Assembly: GCF_006345805.1 (NCBI RefSeq)
Contig: NW_021835119.1
Location: forward strand, 1-51,265
DNA from: Octopus sinensis
Lineage: Eukaryota
Direction of reading: 5' to 3'
DNA: 51,265 nucleotides
Made by a program: the position numbers and the translations under genes. Numbering within the stretch: position 1 is the first letter of the stretch; each line of letters starts with the position of its first letter. The notes under the pieces were generated by a model that made no database searches, was not told where the DNA came from, and saw only the letters and a list, made by a program, of their open reading frames with translations. Shown here piece after piece: positions 36,065 through 47,282 of the stretch.

Positions 36065-36400
36065 CCAGAAACGTTGGCGCAAATATGACCAATGTGAACC
36101 AGTGGGTTAGGTGTTTGGGCGAGGAAACAGAAGCGTAAGTTCGTTCTTCCAGGTCACCGTCATTATCTCCCTTTTATTCACCATCTTTATGCTGGCTATT
36201 TCATCATGTTCAACCGTTAATCCCTACAATGTTTTCTCTCTCCTTTTTTTTTCTTTTTCATTTTTAATCCTTTCTGTCTAAGAGCGTAGGTTCGAAACGT
36301 AAAAGACTTTTCCATCTTCCCAGCGTTAAACTAATATACATACTTGTTGTTCTTACACCTGTCTTCCTCTTCTGTTTCTGTAAATTTGAACTATATATAC
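36065..36400 (+). mobile_element. Probable Penelope-like terminal region with a degenerate hammerhead motif
   Basis: ct-aagagcgtaggttcGAAACGTA (36278-36301) is a hammerhead-like core with a palindromic ACGT stem III. gtgaaccagtgg is the reverse complement of ccactggttcac, which lies next to the 29531 motif. Confidence 0.45.
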
Positions 36401-36414
36401 TTCTATATATATAT

Positions 36415-36459
<45 letters not shown>

Positions 36460-36463
<4 letters not shown>

Positions 36464-36591
36464 TTATTAGAGACAAAACCCACTATTTTGCAAAACAAAC
36501 AAGGAAAGACTTAATCAATACATAAAATTTTATGTATTGATTAAGTCTTTCTTGTTTGTTTGCAAATAGTGGTTTTGTCTCTAATAATATT
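36460..36591. repeat. ~130-bp near-perfect spacerless palindrome
   Basis: atattattagagacaaaacc...aatacataaaa|ttttatgtattg...ggttttgtctctaataatat; centre at 36527/36528. Confidence 0.95.
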
Positions 36592-36681
36592 TTATAATTT
36601 TTACTATAAAATTGGATTTAATCCTAAATCTGATTTTTTCCCTGTAAATTTGGATTTATTCCCTAATATTTATTATATATA

Positions 36682-36720
<39 letters not shown>

Positions 36721-36834
36721 TATGTATCTATCTGCGTGTGCGTGTGCATGAATGTATGTGTCTATGAATGTTTGTGTACATGAATGTATATATGTATGTA
36801 TATGCATATAAAATAAATTCAGAATATTATATAA

Positions 36835-36967
36835 GACTTTTTGCCTTTCATCCTTCGGGGTCGATAAATTAAGTACCAGTTACGCACTGAGGTCGATGAA
36901 TCGACTTAATCGCTTTGTCTCCTTGTTTGTCCCCTCTGTGTTTAGCCCCTTGTGGGTAATAAAGAAT
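36835..36967 (+). mobile_element. SINE family A, 3' half
   Basis: gactttttgcctttcatcc...ccccttgtgggtaataaagaa. Confidence 0.88.
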
Positions 36968-37291
36968 ATATATATATATATATTATATTGGTGAATTGAA
37001 GAAATGGAGCTGAACGCAGATTGAACAGAAATCGTTTATTTCATTCTACACTGTTTCGAAAGGCACAAATTACCAAAATCCGATTGAATAATGGGACCAT
37101 ATTGTGTCTTTCTCTTCAGGAAGAAATAGGAAATCCGTTGGAAAAAACAAAAACAGAACAGAGGCGGAGCAAAAACAAATCGAACTATGCTCCTAAGAGC
37201 CCATGGCTTACTGCTGTGATTTTTGCTACTAAGGTATCGGTTAAACTTTTGATTAATCTACTACAAGATTATTCATCTTTCTATTTCACAT

Positions 37292-37353
<62 letters not shown>

Positions 37354-37427
37354 GTAATTGAAATGATGTAACAGATCCTAAGTTATAAAATGTTTGAAAT
37401 ATATAATTCACTCTCTCTAATCCTATC

Positions 37428-37462
<35 letters not shown>

Positions 37463-38728
37463 GTCTATCTATATCTTGTTCTTCATAGCTTTCTAAAGGA
37501 ATTTTTCACTCGAAATATCAGGACTAATTAAATATTTCTGAAGTAATTTCCCAATAACTTATTTATTTATTTAATCAATGTTTCATTTTGCATTGCTTCT
37601 TTTCCTTCTACAATACTGATTTTCTACAAATTCCGAAACGCTTCAAGCAAACTTCAACGCTTTTCTACTGTAATGCATTTCACAGGAGGTTGAAGGGGAT
37701 AATTATTTGTGTAATGATATTTATATCGATATTTGTCAAAAGGTTTCACATCTGTAGATCAATGATTTGTGTCCAAGGTCAGGTAAGTGAATAGCGACGG
37801 AACAAATATGGCGGTATAACAGATATCATATCGGTTATCTAATTTAACATTTCTATGCGTAATGTAAAGTGCAAGAGGGATAAAAGAGTATTGTAATTCG
37901 CTTGAAGCATTGTAATGTGTAAATGGTATAAATGTATTTAAAAAAAATATTTGAGCAATGTAGGTGAGAAGTTAAGCAAAATATGAATTGATGTAAATAA
38001 ATAAAGACAGAAAGAAGATATTGTGTGGGTTTTCAAATGATAAAAAAAATTATAGATTAAAAGAGCTGATGATAGGTGGAGCGCCAAAGAGGAAAAAAAG
38101 TGATCGTAAACGTGTTGAGTGGTGAACTCGAATATTGGTGCTGAAAGTAAATTATGTTCGTAGTCTTATGAAATATTTCGATGTATGAAGTAAAAAGCGA
38201 GAGAAATATTGATAGATTCTTTTTGGCTAGGTTCAAATAGAATTTCTGTATCGTGGTTAATATACATATATATACATACATATATATATATATAATATAT
38301 AATTATATATATAATATATATATTATATATATATATACATATTATATTATATTATATTATATTATATTATATTATATTATATTATATTATATTACAATTA
38401 ATATTCATATCATATTATATTATATTATATTATATTAATTTATATATATTATATATATATTATATATATATTATATATATATATATATTATATATATATA
38501 TATATATATGGATATATATCGTTTTTAGCATAATGGTAAAATAAAGTAAAAATAGTTGTTCCCGTCCAAAAAGATGATATATATAGATTATCAGCTTTAG
38601 AAAAACGTATGTTTTGCCAAATAATAACGATCGCGTTCAAACTAATAATTAGTTGTCACTTTAGTGCAAAAGTAATATAAATAAGATACGAAGTGCAGTT
38701 CTTTCTGTTGGAATAGATATGTAATGTA

Positions 38729-39130
38729 TCAAATATATAAAAGTGAAGTTGTGTGAGTGTCTGTCTCCTACGATTTAGATTCCTAACTACTCCCACATTT
38801 TGCGGTGCAGTTTAACCAGAAGCGGGTATCTTATAGTCGTGATTCATATCGAGCCCTTCTGGGTATTAGCGCGCGTCTACGATGAGTCTACGATTAAAAA
38901 AAAAAATTTACCATCATTTTTTCCCATTTTTAATGCATTTTTTTTGCTATTATATAAGGGAAGTAACTCTCTAAAAATGTATTATTAATCTCAGAACGTA
39001 AAAAGCTACGTAAACACACCCCCCCCTTGGTGTTTAGCCATATTGAGATGGCTATTATACTTACATCTCTAAAAATGCTTATATAGTTATTTCCCTTACA
39101 AACCCGAGCAACGCCGGGCGATACTGCCAG
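38729..39130 (+). mobile_element. Non-autonomous Helitron, copy 1
   Basis: 5' TC, subterminal hairpin cccgagcaacgccggg, 3' CCAG|T; colinear with 44332-44728. Confidence 0.75.
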
Positions 39131-40572
39131 TATCAAATAAAATAGATTCAGTTGATTGAGTAAAATGGAATAAGAATTTTATAAGAAAATTACGGATTCG
39201 TTGGAACTTACAGATGCTTGGCGTTTCTGCATTGCATTAGATTTTTACCGGTTAAGGTAGATTCAAGATTTGAAATCGAGATATGTTTGATGTAGTCTTT
39301 GGGAAAGATGAAATACATTAGAAAAGACACTTTAACAAAAAGAATTTCTAATTTCTTTGCCGCACATATTTGGTCGATCTTTTTTCCTTTGCTAGATTGG
39401 CAAAAGAGTCTATTTTATTTCGTTATCAGACATTAATTCGTTCATTTGTTTTTCGGTCATTTTAATTCTTTCCACTGTTATTTGAAATAACACGAAAAAT
39501 ATTCTTTCATCGTAGAGTTTAATGTGATTTTTTATGTCTCTAGTCTTCCTTTCCAACTTATATTCATCGTTTTGAAATTTGAATAAATTTTAGCTCTTTT
39601 CAGACATTTGACGATGAAGTGCTACTTAGAAAAAAAAACGAATGGATTTATCTGACAACCGAATACATTCTAACGTTGGAGCTGATCATTTTAAGTTTTC
39701 AATTCCAAATGAGGGCCGAAAGTGACATATTGTTTCTATTCTGATGCCAAAAGGAGTAGAAATGCTGGTTAAGTCATATTTGGAATGGGTTCGTAGTAAA
39801 GCCTGTGCTGGAACACAATGTCTTCAACTTTACTCTAAAATAACTTTAAATAATAATTTCGAATAATTTAAATATTTAAAATGTCTCTAAATTTACTCAA
39901 AAATCTCATCCAATATTATTGTATGTATAAAGCTTTCTATTCGCATTCTATTTGGTCATAGCTAAATTTTATCACCATTACTTCTGTTCTCTTAGGTGTC
40001 ACTTTTGATATGAATTTTTCTCTTGTATAATTGTTATTGCATTTCATCCAACATACAAAACAATCCCACGACAAATGACCAATCATTTTAACGTTTGAAA
40101 ACTCACGATAGACATCGCACGTTTTATCCTATGTACATCTAAATATTCTGTTACATAACCAACGCAATACGTACCGTATCGCCACATATATCCTCTACTT
40201 TTCATTTATTTAACCTTTATCTCAAAACAAATTTCCATAAATGTAAAATGTTTTGACGAGTATACTAATAATCACCAAAAATATTTTGAATAATAATATA
40301 AACATCATTACACGACTAATAACTGTTACAGTTTTCTTCTGTATTATACATAACAGTGTACTTCCCACACTTTATATGGTAGTAGACACTTCTATCGTTA
40401 TAATCTTAAACATTCTGCAATACATAACAGAATATATTTGTCATTCGAACACCCCAAAATATACACCATTCTGTAATGGATTATCATAAGTATCTTCTTG
40501 AGCGTTATCTCGTCGACGTCAATAAGATGTTCTTTGAATCTGTTCCGACATTTTCCTTAGCATAAAAAAATA

Positions 40573-40613
<41 letters not shown>

Positions 40614-40924
40614 GCAGGTCACACACATACATGTAACTATATATGTGTGTATGTATGTATCTATATACATGTATGTATATGTATACATATTTACAATAGA
40701 TATTTACACATTTTCCCAACTTGTTCTTCAGAGAATTATCCACTCTTTTGCCATGATACCATGATAGAGGGCGCTCTATACATATAAACATCAATAATGC
40801 ATTAGAAAGCAATTACCTCGTTTAGTTTGTGTTAAAGTATTTCCATCAGTTTATTCTGTTTAGTTTAACCCATTATAATCGATATTTCTTTCATTCTACT
40901 CATCGACTTAACTGTTCACTGGAA

Positions 40925-41228
40925 TGCACAAGGCCTAGTGGTTGGAGCAGCGGACTCACGGTCGAGGGATCGCGAGTTCGAATCTCAGACCGGGTGATAT
41001 ATGTGTTTATGAACGAAACACCTAAGCTCCACGCGGCTCCGACAGAAGGTAATGGCGAACTTCTGCTGACTCTTTCGCCACAACTTTCTCTCACTCTTTC
41101 CTCATACATCTTGCAGCTCACCTGCGACGGACCGCCGTCCCCGTCCAGGTGGGGAACCTATACGCCAAGGAAACCGGGAAATCGGCCCTTATGAGCCAGA
41201 CATGGCTCGAGAAGGAACAAATAACAAC
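40925..41228 (+). mobile_element. tRNA-derived SINE, family G (body related to family C, distinct 3' domain)
   Basis: A-box ggcctagtggttggagc, B-box gagttcgaatctc, aaacacctaagctcc and ctttctctcactcttt shared with C; tail (aac)n. Confidence 0.82.
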
Positions 41229-41492
41229 ATTCCTAAATAGATACAAAATTGCATTCACTTCTTAGCTACCTCATATAATATAGGATAAAATGTTTCGAAA
41301 AAAATTCCATCAATGGCCACCATATTAAAAATACCTTTAAAGGTTGAATTTATAAACAACTTATAAACAAGGGCAAAAGAAAAAAATTTCTAATGCCAAA
41401 TATGCCGAAAATAGACAGATCGTCAATAACCATATAATTTATCACTATAAGCACGCGTCTCGAAGTAAGCCGACAGAAATTTCTAAAAAATT

Positions 41493-41565
41493 CCGTTATT
41501 ATCATATCGGTCCCGATTTCAGAGTTAATTCATAAGAATTTTCTCCTCGTCAGTGATAAATACGG
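41493..41565 (-). ncRNA. Type I hammerhead ribozyme (candidate, probably Penelope-associated)
   Basis: Minus strand: ccgtatttatca-CTGACGA-ggag(loop)ctct-GAAA-tcgg(ga)ccga-TA-tgataataacgg. Core intact; stem I is 6 bp + internal loop + 4 bp; stem II 4 bp; stem III 5 bp; AUA triplet with predicted cleavage between 41505 and 41504. Confidence 0.75.
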
Positions 41566-41789
41566 TAAGAAATAAATTAAATACTTATACCCATAGAAGA
41601 AGCAAACACTGAGTCATGAGCACCCTTAAGTACCCCAAATATATCCAAAATAGAAATTCTCCAGCACACCTCGAGACACACACACACACATACACACACA
41701 CATACATATATATATGTGTGTGTGTGTATTCCTATATGTATATAGGAATACATATATATATATATATATACACACATGCACACATGTAC

Positions 41790-41875
<86 letters not shown>

Positions 41876-42252
41876 CAGACAGAGAAAGTGTCATAGACTT
41901 ACATAAACTTATATACTACTTATATGTTTTTTATTTCCTATCCTTTTCCTCATACAATACTAAACACAACAACTTTTAGGTTTCCAGTCGCTTCAAATTT
42001 CCTTATTGCTTTTCCTTTGTGATTTGGTTCCACCATAATCACGAAGACCAAATAAGACTCTGCAGGAAGTTTCCCTTTCACTTAGTTTCATTCAATTTAT
42101 TTTTTTCTTTATTCTTTAGATTCACCTCCATTTCAAAATCTCTTATTCCCTAATGGTGCTTAACAACCATTATTCTTGAAGTTCTCCCCTCTTGGGATAT
42201 GTTAAGTATTTATATATTTATAATATAATATATATATATATATATATTATAT

Positions 42253-42283
<31 letters not shown>

Positions 42284-42384
42284 TATGTAGTATGTATGTT
42301 GTATGTATGTATGTATGTATGTTGTATGTATGTATGTATGTATGTATGTATGTATATATGCATATATGTACGTGTGTGTGTGTG

Positions 42385-42423
<39 letters not shown>

Positions 42424-42424
<1 letters not shown>

Positions 42425-42583
42425 AGGCGTGGCTACGTGGTGAGAAGTTTGCTTCTCAACCACTTGGTTCCAGATTCATTCCCACTGCGAGGTACCTTGA
42501 GCAAGTGTCTTCTACTATAGCCCCGAGCCGACCAAAGCCTTCTGAGGGAATTCGGTAGACGGAAACTGAATGAAGCCTGTCGT
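42424..42583 (+). mobile_element. SINE family D, 5' half
   Basis: ggcgtggctacgtggtgagaag...accttgagcaagtgtcttctactatag...gaagcctgtcg. Confidence 0.85.
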
Positions 42584-42595
42584 ATATATATATAT

Positions 42596-42820
42596 ATTTC
42601 TTTACTACCCACAAGGGGATAAACATAGAGGGGACAAACAAGGACAGACAAATTGATAAGTCTATACATCGACCCAAGTGTACGTACTTGTACTTATATT
42701 CGACCCCGAAAGGATGAAAGGCAAAGTCGACCTCGGCGGAATTGAACTCAGAAAGTAGCGGCAGACGAAATACCGCTAAGAATTTCACCGGCGCGCTAAC
42801 GTTTCTGCCAGCTCGCCGCC
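42596..42820 (-). mobile_element. SINE family A (full length)
   Basis: Reverse complement of the family A unit. Confidence 0.9.
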
Positions 42821-42879
42821 TAATATATATTATCAAGCACGTTTTGCAGTATTATGTATCTATCACGGTCAATCTTACC

Positions 42880-43395
42880 GATCGGTTTCCCAGTTTTTTT
42901 TACAGGGCTTAGAAAATCTGAAAGATCGGAAACGGAGTGCGCAGGTGTAGCATTGTCATCGGTGTACTGCAGCTCACGTTCTTTAGCCAAGGTGGTGATC
43001 CAACGAACACCGAAGCGGGCAGAGTTGAAAAAGTCACCTATCCATTTTTGTAGCGGATGTTACAGCAGGAGTCAAAGCAGGTATCTCATGGATAAAGGCA
43101 CCGAGGTAGAGGGAAAACAGAGAGGGAGCGAGGATGCATCCTTGTTTCAGGCCAGTCGTGATTGGGAAGGAACTGGAGAGAGCGTCCGTCGTGTAGGGCC
43201 TAAATGATGTTCGTAAAGCGGTCGAGACAAACAGGGTGGCTTCAGAGTGACTCACATTGCAGGTCTCGGTACACTGTCGAAGGCTTCCTCGAAGTTCCAG
43301 AACACACAAAGTAGCAGCTTTCTCTACTCCCGGCCTTTTCTGGGAGAAGATATAAGCCCCTTCCTGACAACACACATCTCTTGGAGTCCCTGAAA
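42880..43395 (-). mobile_element. RTE/BovB-like LINE reverse transcriptase fragment
   Basis: EEAFDSVPR...SSSFPITTGLKQGCILAPSLFSLYL...RELQYTDD: RT motifs including the KQGC..AP.LF and Y(A)DD boxes, with frameshifts. Confidence 0.88.
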
Positions 43396-43609
43396 ATAAA
43401 AATCACAAGTGCTTCCTTACCATTAAGTAACATATTATATATATATATATATATATATATACATACATATATATATATATGTTCATATATATATATATAT
43501 ATATGTCAGTGTGTATATATATATATGTGTATATAAACTTAGATAAACTTAGATATGTTTCGACCAAAGATTGGTCCAGGCCATGTCTAACTTAATGGCA
43601 CCACCTGAT

Positions 43610-43659
<50 letters not shown>

Positions 43660-43847
43660 CATACGTACACTATATATATATGGTGTGTGTATATATATAA
43701 TATATATATGTATATATGTATATATATATATATATATAATTTCAACAATTGAGGGTAAAATGAGGGTAATTAATTTTACCCTCAATTGTTTGAAAATTAT
43801 AATTCATTTTCTCTGTTTAATGCCTCGGTTTTCACGATAAAATATGG

Positions 43848-44261
43848 TGTTTACTAGTCTGACACACGGGGTGGAAGGGGGGAGAGCAGGAATTCTTCGC
43901 TTGCATATTTTGAATTGTTGGCACTGTTAGTTTGAACGGATCTTCTGAGGTGAAAAGTCGCCAAAAGGGTATGCTCCTACTTTCAGTGTTTCCAAATCCG
44001 AATTAAGAAATTTTGGCTGACGAAAGAAATGTCGAATTGTATTTGGCTGATCTAGAAAACGTACGTTCTCAAATAATCTTTGCACTTGTGATTTTTTAAT
44101 TTTTTACCCCCATACCTTCGTGGGTTATTTTGAGTAAACACTATCTGAGAGAAATTTTCTTTAGTATTAGAAATGGCTAAAAAACCTTTTTTGGCTGCTA
44201 TTTCTAATGAGTTCAGTATGTGGCAAAGTAAATACATTATTTTACTAAGCCCTTTTATAAA

Positions 44262-44262
<1 letters not shown>
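43848..44262 (-). mobile_element. Possible non-autonomous Helitron-like element
   Basis: The minus strand ends in CTAG|T near 43850 and begins with an AT-rich tataaaaggg leader at a (TA)n run. No clear terminal hairpin. Confidence 0.3.
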
Positions 44263-44306
<44 letters not shown>

Positions 44307-44331
44307 CTATATATATATATATATATATATA

Positions 44332-44728
44332 TCTTAATATAAAAGTGAGTTGTGTGTCTGTCTCCCTACGATTTAGTTCCTAACTACCCCCACATTTTGC
44401 GGTGCAGTGTAACCAAAAGCGGGTATCTTATAGTCGTGATTCAACGTGAGCCCTTCTGGGTATTAGCGCGCGTCTACGATAAGTCTACGATTTAAAAAAA
44501 ATTTTACCATCATTTTTTTCCCATTTTTAATGCATTTTTTTTGCTATTATATAAGGGAAGTAACTCTCATAAAAATGTATTATTAAATCTCAGAACGTAA
44601 AAAGGACAGTAACACCCCCCCCACTTTGTGGTAGCCATATTGAGATGGCTATTATACTTTACATCTCGAAAAATGCTTATATAGTTATTTCCCTTACAAA
44701 TCCGAGCAACGCCGGGCGATACTACTAG
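44332..44728 (+). mobile_element. Non-autonomous Helitron, copy 2 (canonical ends)
   Basis: A|TC start at 44332, hairpin ccgagcaacgccggg, CTAG|T end at 44728, no TSD; inserted in (TA)n. Confidence 0.82.
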
Positions 44729-45400
44729 TATATATATATATATATAAATGGCATGTATAATTTTTGTACACCAGCTGTTGACAATATATCCTGACTTAGT
44801 CGATATCTTAAACAATTATCTTATTGAAGCTTAACCTGTTCCACGCTTACCTCCAATTTACATAAGGTACATCTTCTTGCTTCACTTTGCTTTGTCAGTA
44901 ATCTTTACCTGTTTTATTCAGCTGTTGCTGAATAATCATACTTCAGATTTCGCTGTCAAACAAATCTATCATAATTACATGATAATTACTTCATAATTAC
45001 ATAAATACTTTTGCTTAATTACATCCTAAAGAACCCCGATATCTCAGATTAGAAGTTAACCTTGTACGCTGAAATATTAAATACAACAGATCAGGTTGAA
45101 GACATGCATTTAATTAATGCCGTATTACGCATTCCATTTAATTAGATTTTATAAGCTTACAATAGCGAAAGAACAAGGCTTACATAGCCGAAAGGTTGAG
45201 AAGTTTATTTCGCAAGTGTGAGATCTCAAGCGCGATCCTAATGCAAGACGTCTTGGGAAAATATTATACGCTTCCTACAATAAGATTTCGAAATCTTATT
45301 ATCTTCAGTTTATAGGATTACATTTTCTCTATAGTTTATTGTTTTGGATTATTTTTTTTTCTTATAAAGCCAAAACAATGCGAATTATAAGAAATAATAC

Positions 45401-45540
45401 TGATTCTTTATTACCCACAAGGGGCGACGAAGAGGGGACATTACAAACATTGGGGATATAGAACATCACAATTACAAGAATGAAAGATGGATTTTGAAGA
45501 TGATAATATTGAAAGCGATGCTAAAGGCCCCATCCGTTAG
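45401..45540 (-). mobile_element. 140-bp retro-insertion with a 17-bp TSD, sharing the SINE A 3' tail
   Basis: attataagaaataatac at 45384-45400 and 45541-45557; the minus strand ends gtcccctct..cgccccttgtgggtaataaagaa. Confidence 0.7.
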
Positions 45541-45677
45541 ATTATAAGAAATAATACGAGACGATGAATTGTACTTCCACTTTTTAGTTCAGTAATTCAT
45601 GGCTGGGAGATCTTCTTCAGGAAATATTCGAAGAAATCGTGTTGTGCACACACAAACTATAGAACTGGGCAGTGCAA

Positions 45678-45909
45678 GGCGGTGAGCTGGCAGAAACGTT
45701 AGCGCGCCGGGCGAAATGCTTAGCAGTATTTCGTCTGCCGTTACGTTCTGAGTTCAAATTCCGCCGAGGTCGACTTTGCTTTTTATCCTTTTGGGGGTTG
45801 CTAAATTAAGTACCAGTTCCGCACTGGGGTCGATGTAATCGACTTAATCCCTTTGTCCCTCCTTCTTTGTCCCCTCTATGTTTAGTCCCTTGTGGGCAAT
45901 AAAGAAATA
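45678..45909 (+). mobile_element. SINE family A with a 14-bp TSD
   Basis: Full unit; acaaactatagaac at 45652-65 and 45910-23. Confidence 0.92.
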
Positions 45910-45990
45910 ACAAACTATAGAACAGAGAAGTCAGTTCACAACACCTGATCTGGAGATATTGAAGTACAAGGTAAGAGTACAGACTTGGAA

Positions 45991-46231
45991 TGGGTTGGTG
46001 CAAAATTATTGCGGGTTTTTTTGTTTTTTTTACGACAAAGTTTATTCAACAAAAATGATAGCAATATTTAACAAAAACATCTTTAAATGACGCTCTGGTC
46101 GTCTGCCAAGCAAATAGGAAGCAGTAATTGAAGTAGATGGTGAATATGCTCCGGAATAATCATTTAAAGATGTTTTTGTTACATGTTATTGTTTTGTTCA
46201 ATAAAATTTGTTGAAAAAAAGCCGCAGTAAT

Positions 46232-46232
<1 letters not shown>
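45991..46232 (+). mobile_element. Mariner-derived MITE with long inverted repeats
   Basis: Left end tgggttggtgcaaaattattgcgg; inner arms aacaaaaacatctttaaatga / tcatttaaagatgtttttgtt; the centre encodes RLPSK*EAVIEVDGEYAPE* (mariner C-terminus). Confidence 0.78.
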
Positions 46233-46273
<41 letters not shown>

Positions 46274-46329
46274 AAGAAGAAGAAGAAGAAGAAGAAGAAG
46301 AAATAAATAGAACATAATAAAACTGCTTG

Positions 46330-46361
<32 letters not shown>

Positions 46362-46372
46362 GGTTGTGGTCG
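46233..46372. repeat. Compound (TAG)n/(GAA)n and (GTT)n/(GGT)n microsatellites
   Basis: Direct observation. Confidence 0.92.
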
Positions 46373-46817
46373 TGAGGTCGTAGTGGTGTATTTTTGTTGG
46401 CCATTTCCCTCGGCACCAGCGCTACATTGCGTCCAAAACCCGTATAGCGTTTAAACAAAATAATCACTAATTAATACATTGTACTAATTAGTATATTGGA
46501 TATATTGTAGTTGATTACAAATCTAATTAAATATATATTTTTTTTTATTATTTATAGGTTTCTTCTTGAAATTAAACATTTTATTTTACATTTATTGCAA
46601 AAATATAAAGAAAGAATTTCCTAATGAATTTTTAATTAGTGGTGATTCCAATATTTTTTGTTGTGTCTTGAAGATTTATTCTACAAACCCCCAAAACACG
46701 AAGTTCTTGTCGTAGAAGTGTGACTGGTCAGATACCAAACTGGACACAGAATCCAAATTGCCGCTATTTACAAACCAGCATTAATCCAATTCTTCACTAA
46801 CCCTATCTGCAACTAGT

Positions 46818-47012
46818 GGAAGCGCGTGGCTTAGTGGTTAGGGTGTCAATATCATGATCGTAAGATTGTGGTTTCGATTCCTGGACCGGGCGATACGTTG
46901 TGTTCTTGAACAGAACACTTCATTTCACGTTGCTCCAGTCCACTCAGCTGGTAATAATAAGTAATCCTGCAATGGACCAGCGTTCTGTCCAGATAGGGAC
47001 TTTTATTGCCAT
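46818..47012 (+). mobile_element. tRNA-derived SINE, family F (CORE-like, related to E)
   Basis: gtggcttagtggttaggg A-box, gtttcgattcc B-box, tttcacgttgctccagtccactcagctg body. Confidence 0.8.
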
Positions 47013-47046
47013 GGAAACTCAGAACGTAACGGCAGACGAGATACCA

Positions 47047-47276
47047 ATTTCTTTACTACCCAGAAGGGGCTAAACACAGAGAGGACAAACAAGGACAGAC
47101 AAACGGATTGAGTCGATCACATCGAATCCAGTGCGCAACTAGTACTTAATTTATCAACTCCGAAAGGATGAAAGGCAAAGTGGACCTCGGCGGAATTTGA
47201 ACTCAGAACGCAACGACAGACGAAACACGGCTACGCATTTCGCCCGGCGTGCTAACGTTTCTGCCAGCTCGCCGCC
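47047..47276 (-). mobile_element. SINE family A (full length)
   Basis: Reverse complement of the family A unit. Confidence 0.9.
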
Positions 47277-47282
47277 TTTATA

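Noticed and set aside
36069-36134. 66-bp candidate exon (ag...gtaagt)
   Set aside because: Poor polypyrimidine tract, and the sequence shares a motif with the repeat near 29590, so it is more likely part of a PLE-like repeat.
39604-39750. Acceptor-preceded open frame, and an LRR-like DLSDNRI word in another frame
   Set aside because: Only one partial LRR-like word, the two signals are in different frames, and there is no good donor.
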